Source: a virus
Taxonomy: Duplodnaviria; Caudoviricetes
Strand: one strand, 5' to 3'
DNA length: 28,448 bases
Virus record (IMG/VR): IMGVR_UViG_3300044513_000968
Span: 1-28,448 of that record
The stretch's first letter is position 1, and every line of letters begins with the position of its first letter. This document shows, piece by piece, positions 1-7,203 of this stretch. The position numbers and the translations under genes are program-made. The notes below the pieces were generated by a model. That model made no database searches. It worked only from the letters and a program-made list of their open reading frames with translations, and was not told the DNA's origin.

Positions 1-163
1 TATCCAAATCAAAGCCAGTATACGACGGAGCAAATGTTTTATATTCGCTAAGATTAATTGTATATGTTCCATCTACGTCTTTTGCATATGGAGTACTAAT
101 ACACCCATCAATACTACCATCGTCTCCACTGTATGTAATAGTGTATTCTTTATCATTGTCCAT
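1..163 (-). CDS. Hypothetical protein, partial (runs off the left edge)
   Basis: ATG at 163 overlaps the end of the glycosyltransferase gene; open frame MDNDKEYTITYSGDDGSIDG... to the window edge. Confidence 0.6.
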   Translation of the reverse strand, partial: MDNDKEYTITYSGDDGSIDGCISTPYAKDVDGTYTINLSEYKTFAPSYTGFDLD

Positions 164-1202
164 TTTGTATTTCCTTGTATAACGGCTTACCACTAAAATA
201 TCCCTGTGCTAATTTTAATGTTTGTTTTTGCATAGGAACAATATACTCTTTATAGTTTTCCATGTGTTCTACAATTCTATCCATAACTTGTTTCTTATGA
301 TTTTTGTAAGAATTATAACTTGATGTCCATTCACTTGGATATAAAAATTCCTTCATACCCATTTCGCTATAACTTACTCTATCAGGAATCATTGGAATAG
401 TATCAACAAGTAATCCTTCATACCAACTAATACCAAGTGTTTCTTGTAAGTTTGCACTAAACACAAGTTTTGCTTTACCTAACAAATTATGATATTCATT
501 TTTTGTAAGTTGCTTTTCTTGACAAACAATAAATTCATATTGTGGTAAACTATCTTTTAAATCTCTAAATATTTCAGGTTGTTTTTCTGGAGCAATCCTA
601 TGAGGAAACAAAATAAGATTTTCTTTCTTCATGCCTTTATACATTGAAAAACTATCGTTCAAGTATTCCATAGGCCAACCAACACGTTTAATCTTTGCGT
701 CATTTGTTGTAAATGCACTTTTAAACATATCAATATGGAATTGTGTAGCAAAGAAGTTATGGTCATATGTTTCAAACATACTTTGCTCTGCATAACGCAC
801 CCAGGGTTTATTACCTATAAGTCTACCCAAGAAGTCTTGTGGATCATAACTACCAGCGTGCCACAAACCGCCAATGCGAATGCTAACACCCAATAACTCT
901 GCCATGTAACGTAATTGTATAACTGTAGGATTCCAGGCATCAGTATATAGAAAATAATCGCCATCTTTGATTTCACCATTGCAAAACATTTCTCCAATAG
1001 TTTCAAGTTGTTTACTTTTATATACATTGGTGCCACCAAAGTTGAGAAACGCCCCAGGTGTTGTTGCCTGAGGCGTATCTCCGCCACTAATAATTTTGAC
1101 ATCCATGTTCGTAGCACGTCGCAGTTGCTTTGGAAGATATTCTTTCCATTGCTTAGTATAACGTGTATCTACTGCTTCAATGTCTACGATATAGATAGTC
1201 AT
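153..1202 (-). CDS. GT-B glycosyltransferase resembling the GTDC1/QTMAN (DUF3524) family
   Basis: 349 aa; N-term IYIVDIEAV..Y.KQW; C-lobe ILFPHRIAPEKQPEIF and EYHNLLGKAKLVFSANLQETLGISWYEG..P..P...SY.E (GT4-like ExxGxxxxE). Confidence 0.8.
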   Translation of the reverse strand: MTIYIVDIEAVDTRYTKQWKEYLPKQLRRATNMDVKIISGGDTPQATTPGAFLNFGGTNVYKSKQLETIGEMFCNGEIKDGDYFLYTDAWNPTVIQLRYMAELLGVSIRIGGLWHAGSYDPQDFLGRLIGNKPWVRYAEQSMFETYDHNFFATQFHIDMFKSAFTTNDAKIKRVGWPMEYLNDSFSMYKGMKKENLILFPHRIAPEKQPEIFRDLKDSLPQYEFIVCQEKQLTKNEYHNLLGKAKLVFSANLQETLGISWYEGLLVDTIPMIPDRVSYSEMGMKEFLYPSEWTSSYNSYKNHKKQVMDRIVEHMENYKEYIVPMQKQTLKLAQGYFSGKPLYKEIQNGQ

Positions 1203-1441
1203 TAGTGCCTCCTGTTGTTAAACTTCTTTTTAAAGTCTTTGTTAAAAGGACGAGGTTTCTTACCGCTTCTAAAAGAACAGTAAGTGCGCCATGCCTCACT
1301 TTTGTTATTATACAAATCGCGTTCGTCAAAACGAAATGCACGACTATAACCTACCACCCAAGAATTTGAACAAAATTCTTTGAATGATTCAAGATCTGTA
1401 AAAATCTTGTTGTACGTTTCACGATCAAACTCAATCGTCAT
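1202..1441 (-). CDS. Small hypothetical protein with basic C-terminus (79 aa)
   Basis: Likely start MTIEFDRE at 1441 with GAGAGG SD; stop overlaps the glycosyltransferase ATG (TAATG). Confidence 0.75.
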   Translation of the reverse strand: MTIEFDRETYNKIFTDLESFKEFCSNSWVVGYSRAFRFDERDLYNNKSEAWRTYCSFRSGKKPRPFNKDFKKKFNNRRH

Positions 1442-1454
1442 TTTATAATACCTC

Positions 1455-1898
1455 TCAGTATTTTGCGTATTCAATATGGGCACCGTTCTCTCCATCTTCA
1501 CTAATGTCGATGTGAACTTCACGCCCGGGGAATTTTTCAGCAATCTTTTCATAAAGATCATCTGACATCATTTCACATGATTTGTAGTCTAAGTTTAATG
1601 TACCTTCGCTATACAGTTTCTCCATCCATCGTTTAAATTGAATAAATTCAATATCTCTGTCGTTGTGTGTTACAGTGATACCGACTTTGAAATGGAATAT
1701 GTGTCTGTGTGGATAACCTAAAAATGACACATCGTCCCATTCACCTGTTGCTAACTTAGGATCGTCTAAGGCCGCAGGATACTTGTGGATACCTTCCTTA
1801 CGGAATGTTACCCAAATCATACGTTTTGCAGTTCGCATAATCTTTTCGTGTGCTTCTTGTTTCATTGCTTCTTTCATCATTGTATCAGTTATACTCAT
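1455..1898 (-). CDS. QueD/PTPS-like T-fold protein, DpdL-like (candidate 7-carboxy-7-deazaguanine decarboxylase)
   Basis: EGIH...LGYPHRHIFHFKV (LxxxHRHxF instead of QueD CxxxHGH), IEFIQFK, SCE, ISEDGENGA; alternative start at 1880. Confidence 0.7.
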   Translation of the reverse strand: MSITDTMMKEAMKQEAHEKIMRTAKRMIWVTFRKEGIHKYPAALDDPKLATGEWDDVSFLGYPHRHIFHFKVGITVTHNDRDIEFIQFKRWMEKLYSEGTLNLDYKSCEMMSDDLYEKIAEKFPGREVHIDISEDGENGAHIEYAKY

Positions 1899-1927
1899 AC
1901 TATACTACCTTTCATCCTGTTTGTCAA
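1899..1927 (-). promoter_or_regulatory. sigma70-type promoter TTGACA-N17-TATAGT
   Basis: Minus strand ttgaca aacaggatgaaaggtag tatagt directly upstream of the QueD-like gene. Confidence 0.7.
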
Positions 1928-2450
1928 CCGGATTATCATTTTCATATTTGGACCAATCTGTAAATTTTGAGCGTTCTTGTAAGTCATGAACTTGATGAAT
2001 CCAAACACCGTCGTTAGTTGCTTTAAAGTCTTTATCATCAATCTTAATACAAGCATTGTAATTAAGTTGATTAATGTAAGGAAGTTTTACACTAATTTGA
2101 CTAATAAACTTAGAACGTTCGTTATAGCCTGCTTCCAAAACATACTCATGATATTTTACATCATAATCAAGTGTAACTGTATAATTTTGATCAAGTAAAC
2201 CAACAATTAGTTCATCCCACTTTTTGTTTAGTTCATCATTGCCGTGTGGCAATGGAACATCAAAACTCTGATTAGCACCAAGATATATATGATCTACATG
2301 ATGGATTTTTGCTTGTTCTAACACTTCGTCTAAAGGACGACATCCTACAACAAACAATGTATCCAACTCAAATGCAGGTGTTTTCTCTACTTCATAACCA
2401 GTAAAGTAAATAACACTATCTTTTACGCCATCTGAGTAATCACGTTTCAC
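1905..2450 (-). CDS. Hypothetical alpha/beta protein in the modification cluster
   Basis: 181 aa ORF with GTG start, translationally coupled; motifs TLFVVG, HIYLGANQSF, KIDDKDF..TN.GVW. Confidence 0.8.
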   Translation of the reverse strand: MKRDYSDGVKDSVIYFTGYEVEKTPAFELDTLFVVGCRPLDEVLEQAKIHHVDHIYLGANQSFDVPLPHGNDELNKKWDELIVGLLDQNYTVTLDYDVKYHEYVLEAGYNERSKFISQISVKLPYINQLNYNACIKIDDKDFKATNDGVWIHQVHDLQERSKFTDWSKYENDNPVDKQDER

Positions 2451-2640
2451 TTTTGAAGTCCTTCATCATATTATTAATTTGATCTTTAATTGCGAGTTTA
2501 GTTTTTTTAAGTTTTATTAAAAGACTTTTGTGAGAGAAAGAACGATCGTTTTGTCTTTCTTCTTCAAGTTCTTTTACTTTAGCATCATACCAAGCATGAT
2601 GATCTTTTAGTTTTTCTATTTTTTTACTTGCTTTTGCCAT
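2440..2640 (-). CDS. Small coiled-coil protein, DUF465/YdcH-like (66 aa)
   Basis: Start MAKASKK at 2640 with GAGGAG SD; H..D..V.E.E....LIKLKKTKLAIKDQI signature. Confidence 0.65.
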   Translation of the reverse strand: MAKASKKIEKLKDHHAWYDAKVKELEEERQNDRSFSHKSLLIKLKKTKLAIKDQINNMMKDFKSET

Positions 2641-2641
2641 T

Positions 2642-4102
2642 TTATAACTCCTCAAAGAGATTGCCGAATTGTGTTTGGGCATTAACCGTCTTCTTCCCTG
2701 TCGCGCCCCGAGTGCCAATGATTGACATCCAGAACTTGTTAAATTCTTCAATTACCGCAAATGCTTCGTCTCTGTTTGATGTTGCAAATATTGCCTCCAC
2801 AACATCTCTAAAAAATAACCGGTCAAACCGTTCTTCCACAAGCATTGCTGGAATTGTTCCCTGGTCGTATTGTTTGTTTGCTTCTTGTACTGCATTAATG
2901 TGACTCCATACATTATGACCCATTTGGATAGCATACGAAAAACTATCCCAACTTGTTTTGCCTTCTTTGCCTATTTTGTTTACATCGCCTGGTGCATAGA
3001 TACAAATATCTTTAGCACTAAGTCCTTTTGTTATCGGACTATCTTTGAAACTACTGTGTTTGCCTTCACGTACAAATGCATCAGCAAATGGTGATGTATC
3101 AGTTGCAAGTGCTTTGTCATCAATACTTGGCACCATTCTGTACACCCATTTCTTTCTATTAAGAGTTTCAAGTTCGCAATAAATTTGACCATTAGCAGTT
3201 GCTAAGAACGGACTTGCACAATCAAATGTAATCATAAAGTTTTCGTTATGATATTTGCGTACTGCTCTTTGTACATCAGTTAGCAAGGTTGCCCATTCTA
3301 ACTTACTTGTACCTAAGAAGTGCATTACATCATGCTTACCTTTTTCAAGTAAGCCATCAAAACGTAGTGCAACAATACGTTTAAGAACCAAATGAACATC
3401 ACACATATTCTGACCACCCATTGACCAACCATTAAAATGTGTGTCAGGATATACTTTAGGATCACAATAGTCCTTCATTTGCTGATACCAATCTTCTGCA
3501 TCAGCGTGATTTTCACCTTGCAAAACATTTAAGAATTTACAAGCACCTGATCTGTGCTTCATAAAATAGTCATTGTTAATGCGTGTAGCATTAACGGCAT
3601 CTTGATAGTTGTCAATTCCAGTTGCTTTTGCACCTTCAGGTGAACGTGCCACCCAGGCTGGAATATCAAGTATCATACCATAGTCCATATAGGCATCCAT
3701 CCACGCAAGAACTTGCTCACGTTTCTTTTGTGCTTTAGGACAATTAGGATTCTTCCAATCACCTTCCCAAACACCTTTACCAATCTGGAAACCACCTGAG
3801 TCACCAAGTAGCCAACTATTGTTACGATCCCTATCTCTAACCATATCTTCTTTGGGTGCATCTTTATTGATGTCCAAATCTGCATGGCCTGCTGAGTACA
3901 GACTCCACTTATAGTTGAACAAGGACTTGCTGGGATTCAGCCAGTTCATACTCTCAACTCCGTTTGTAAAGTGTGCCGGAACCCGAGAATATTCTACGTA
4001 TTCTTCCCGTCTTTGTTTACCAATGAATGTAGCATAGAAGCCACTAATCGCCGGAAGGAAGGTTGCGTAGTCCTTTTGTTCTTTTGTTAAGTCTGTGTTC
4101 AA
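2642..4102 (-). CDS. TGT-fold guanine transglycosylase (DpdA-like)
   Basis: TGT motifs in order: LGDSGGFQ, MILDIP, NVLQG, GWSMGG, HFLG, TFDCASP, late HN; no CxCxxC zinc site; likely TTG start at 4102 after GGAGAG. Confidence 0.8.
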   Translation of the reverse strand: MNTDLTKEQKDYATFLPAISGFYATFIGKQRREEYVEYSRVPAHFTNGVESMNWLNPSKSLFNYKWSLYSAGHADLDINKDAPKEDMVRDRDRNNSWLLGDSGGFQIGKGVWEGDWKNPNCPKAQKKREQVLAWMDAYMDYGMILDIPAWVARSPEGAKATGIDNYQDAVNATRINNDYFMKHRSGACKFLNVLQGENHADAEDWYQQMKDYCDPKVYPDTHFNGWSMGGQNMCDVHLVLKRIVALRFDGLLEKGKHDVMHFLGTSKLEWATLLTDVQRAVRKYHNENFMITFDCASPFLATANGQIYCELETLNRKKWVYRMVPSIDDKALATDTSPFADAFVREGKHSSFKDSPITKGLSAKDICIYAPGDVNKIGKEGKTSWDSFSYAIQMGHNVWSHINAVQEANKQYDQGTIPAMLVEERFDRLFFRDVVEAIFATSNRDEAFAVIEEFNKFWMSIIGTRGATGKKTVNAQTQFGNLFEEL

Positions 4103-4103
4103 A

Positions 4104-4310
4104 TTACTCTCCAAATGCTTTAATGGCTAACAAAGGAACAAGCCATGGATATACGAGATGTTCTATTAGTTCGTATACTACTAATACTGATAACAGTATT
4201 GCCCATAACCTACTTGTCTTTGCTTTTTTACTAACATATTCAAATACTCTTGAATGCCATTTACCTATTTTATCTACTATACCTGGTTTCGCTTTTTTCG
4301 CTTTCGCCAT
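4104..4310 (-). CDS. Small membrane protein
   Basis: 68 aa; basic N-terminus and hydrophobic C-terminal half; AAGGA SD. Confidence 0.7.
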   Translation of the reverse strand: MAKAKKAKPGIVDKIGKWHSRVFEYVSKKAKTSRLWAILLSVLVVYELIEHLVYPWLVPLLAIKAFGE

Positions 4311-4316
4311 AAGTCC

Positions 4317-5045
4317 TTACTTGGTTTGAGCAGGAAGAATGTAATTGTATTCTGCCAAACCACTGTCAACAGTAAGTTGCATAGCACCTTGATCTGAAAT
4401 GCTCATTGTAACTTTACCGTCGAGGTTAAGAATTGCTTGTACCTGTGCTACAGGCCATGCCCATGCGTGTTTCAAACTTCCTTGAACATCTGTATGGAAT
4501 ACAAATGATCCTGCGTGTTGTGATGCATCACCAAAACTAAACACAAGGTTATTGTTATCTGTTTTAACTGTAAACACAGTTTCTTCAGAATGTGCAAGAC
4601 TTTGAAACTTCATTCTTTGAATTGCCGCCATAGTTGGTTCAACTACAACGTCCCAAGCCGCACCTTTAAATTTAACAGTCTTAAGTTTTTCTTCAATGAT
4701 TTGCTTGTTCATAAAGCGATAATCATTTTCAAAGTCGCCTGCTTCATTTTCAAAGTGAATGTGTGTTGGAACTGTTTCACCATTACGTTCTGCTTGTTCA
4801 ACAGTAATCTTAGAATTCTTTTGATATTCTGGACACTTCAAATGCAAACTTAATTTGTCTAAGTTAGGCATTCCAAATGTACCTATAAATTCTGCTACAG
4901 GGTTTTTTGTTTTAGAACTAAGAATCACAGAACGATCTTCTGCCATTGATTCGATAGTTGTATCTGCTTCGTTTGTTACTTTTACAATGTTAAGAAATCC
5001 TAACGAATGTGTATGGGCAACGATATCTTGTAAAATGTCTTTCAT
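4317..5045 (-). CDS. DNA polymerase sliding clamp (T4 gp45/PCNA-like)
   Basis: 242 aa two-domain beta-alpha pattern, C-terminal YNYILPA, AGGAG SD, near polB. Confidence 0.7.
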   Translation of the reverse strand: MKDILQDIVAHTHSLGFLNIVKVTNEADTTIESMAEDRSVILSSKTKNPVAEFIGTFGMPNLDKLSLHLKCPEYQKNSKITVEQAERNGETVPTHIHFENEAGDFENDYRFMNKQIIEEKLKTVKFKGAAWDVVVEPTMAAIQRMKFQSLAHSEETVFTVKTDNNNLVFSFGDASQHAGSFVFHTDVQGSLKHAWAWPVAQVQAILNLDGKVTMSISDQGAMQLTVDSGLAEYNYILPAQTK

Positions 5046-5066
5046 GATTGGTCTCCTATTGTTTAT

Positions 5067-5095
5067 ATTATATTTAGAAAATTATGATTTGTCAA
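5067..5095 (-). promoter_or_regulatory. Consensus sigma70 promoter TTGACA-N17-TATAAT with overlapping late TAAATA
   Basis: ttgaca aatcataattttctaaa tataat; TAAATA at 5071-5076. Confidence 0.85.
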
Positions 5096-5819
5096 GTGTT
5101 TTTTCTTGGCTAACAAAACTTAATGCATCAATTTCAGGCTTCCACCCAATACTTGTTAATTGAGTAATATCTGCAATATTGTCTTTTCGTTCGTGTTCGT
5201 CGCCAAACCTTTCTTCATACTTTTCTAATCCTACTGCTTTACAGTAATCTGATAATGGCCTTGAAATACCAGTACCAACATCAATTACTCCTGTTAAATC
5301 ATTTGTTAACAATTGAGTAACTGCTCTACACACATCTGAGATGTGTATAAAATCTCTTTTATGATCTACATTAATAAATGTAACTTCATTGTTTAATAAC
5401 TTTGGTATGAACATATAGTCTCTACCTTCTCCACCAATAACAGTTGTAAACCTTAACCCTAAACATTGTTGTGGTGCTAATCTTTCTACAACATACTTGG
5501 ACATTGCATATGGATTTCTTTGTGGTTCTTTTGCAGTACTTGAACTTGCATATAAGATTCTTGTATTTGGAAATGCTTTAAATAATCTATTAGATGCAAC
5601 AACATTATTATCAAAGTATTCTTGCGGGTTTGCAAGACTCTTTCTTACACCACTCATTGCCGCTAAATGTACAATTACATCTACGTCATAATCTAAATTA
5701 CAATTAAGTAAATCGTTACCTGACTTAATGTCTAAACCGATTACTTCGTGAACTCCTGCCCAAAACTTTTTAAGTGTTGAACCAATCATTCCGTCACTGC
5801 CTGTTAATAAAATCTTCAT
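5082..5819 (-). CDS. NAD-dependent nucleotide-sugar epimerase/dehydratase (extended SDR)
   Basis: ILLTGSDGMIG, HLAA, ASSS, YAMSK (YxxxK), RDFIHISD. Confidence 0.9.
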   Translation of the reverse strand: MKILLTGSDGMIGSTLKKFWAGVHEVIGLDIKSGNDLLNCNLDYDVDVIVHLAAMSGVRKSLANPQEYFDNNVVASNRLFKAFPNTRILYASSSTAKEPQRNPYAMSKYVVERLAPQQCLGLRFTTVIGGEGRDYMFIPKLLNNEVTFINVDHKRDFIHISDVCRAVTQLLTNDLTGVIDVGTGISRPLSDYCKAVGLEKYEERFGDEHERKDNIADITQLTSIGWKPEIDALSFVSQEKTLDKS

Positions 5820-6208
5820 GCCGCGATCTCCTCCTCAATATATCTCTTGAGTTCGTGATCACCTACGTCCTCAGGTATTTCATTTTTATAAAAAAGTCTA
5901 TAACTGTCAGAACCGTACTTGCCAATACCGTGTAGTTGTGTAGCATCTTCACCGTCCCAATCTCCAAACTGTTCGCTCATTCGATACAGTCTTTCTGCTC
6001 GAACGTGCTTCATACCAAGCGGAGCAATTACTTCTTCAATCTCTCTGCGTGTTGCGTGTAATAAACTTGCGTGAGTAGGCCACTTAGCAAAAAACTTAGG
6101 TAGCACTGCTTTTACTTGTTTACGATTAGTTAGATTCAAACAGATAACACCGACCATATGTTGCCATACGTTATCTACTTGTTGTTGTACCATTAGATCA
6201 TCACGCAT
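5816..6208 (-). CDS. HhH-GPD DNA glycosylase, MBD4-like
   Basis: W..MVGVICLNLT, PLGM..VRA, LHGIGKYGSDSYRLF, DHELKRY; likely start MRDDLM at 6208. Confidence 0.85.
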   Translation of the reverse strand: MRDDLMVQQQVDNVWQHMVGVICLNLTNRKQVKAVLPKFFAKWPTHASLLHATRREIEEVIAPLGMKHVRAERLYRMSEQFGDWDGEDATQLHGIGKYGSDSYRLFYKNEIPEDVGDHELKRYIEEEIAA

Positions 6209-6530
6209 TGGATCTTCTTCCGTCAAACACACAAACAAAATAAAGTTCTTCATTGTCTGAGTGTACTCTATGGAACACACCATCTTTAATCAATACAGTG
6301 TCTCCTGGATTAACATTGAATGTTTCATCATCAAGTTCCATACGCCCACTACCATCAAGAAAGAAATAAACTTCTTCTTGTCCTTCGTGCTTGTGTCCTG
6401 TTGTACTTTTTCTTGGATTTAATCTTGTAGAACTTACAACAAGATTTTTTAATTCTGTATTGTCCTTAACAAAATAACGATCGTCTTGTTTAACTACAGT
6501 TCCACCGATATCCCAATTACCATATTTCAT
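6201..6530 (-). CDS. Cupin-domain protein
   Basis: GHKHEGQEEVYFFLDGSG and PGDTVLIKDGVFHRV cupin metal motifs. Confidence 0.9.
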   Translation of the reverse strand: MKYGNWDIGGTVVKQDDRYFVKDNTELKNLVVSSTRLNPRKSTTGHKHEGQEEVYFFLDGSGRMELDDETFNVNPGDTVLIKDGVFHRVHSDNEELYFVCVFDGRRSNA

Positions 6531-7066
6531 TTTTTTACTCCAAAATGTTTATAAGATTTTTGTACACATTTTGCTTGATAGAAACAATCTGCAAGTGCAT
6601 TGTGTAAACTTTCTTGAATATCTTTTCTCGGATCATATGGCATCATAGCAAACAGTGTTCTGCTATCTCTAATTTGCCAGTAGTTCCACGGGCAAGGCTT
6701 TTCAATGTTCTTATAAAAGTTTTGTAATATTGTAAAGTCAAATGTTGGACCTTGGCACCAAATGTAATCTAATCCTACACACCATTTGTTAAGTTGCTTT
6801 GCAAGACTATCACAAGTAACACGTTCATGATCGCCAAAGGCTTCATCTTGTATTTCTTTTGATTGTTTCCCCCACCAAGCCAACGTATTTTCATCAATAG
6901 TACGATTGTACTTCTCTGACTGTTCTTCTACGTCTACACGTAGATATAGTGGCGTATGTGGCTCTGTATCACTGAACGGATCAAACTTAACAGCACCAAG
7001 AGTCATTATTACACTATCGGGTTCAACTCCGAGTGTCTCTAAGTCAATCATTCCGTGAGTAGCCAT
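6527..7066 (-). CDS. DEDDh 3'-5' exonuclease
   Basis: MIDLETLG, GPTFD, RDSRT, HNALADC. Confidence 0.9.
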   Translation of the reverse strand: MATHGMIDLETLGVEPDSVIMTLGAVKFDPFSDTEPHTPLYLRVDVEEQSEKYNRTIDENTLAWWGKQSKEIQDEAFGDHERVTCDSLAKQLNKWCVGLDYIWCQGPTFDFTILQNFYKNIEKPCPWNYWQIRDSRTLFAMMPYDPRKDIQESLHNALADCFYQAKCVQKSYKHFGVKK

Positions 7067-7067
7067 A

Positions 7068-7193
7068 TTAAATTACCTTCACTAAAATTACTATTTGAAG
7101 TATTAGCACAGCAATTGGAACAACAGTTCTAATTAGTTCCATAGTGTGATTATACTCGTCAAGTTTTCTTTCAAGTTTATTTCTTCTTGCCAT
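7068..7193 (-). CDS. Small membrane protein (41 aa), not in the ORF track
   Basis: MARRNKLERKLDEYNHTMELIRTVVPIAVLILQIVILVKVI; fills the gap between polB and the exonuclease; AAAGG SD. Confidence 0.7.
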   Translation of the reverse strand: MARRNKLERKLDEYNHTMELIRTVVPIAVLILQIVILVKVI

Positions 7194-7203
7194 AATCGCC
7201 TTT

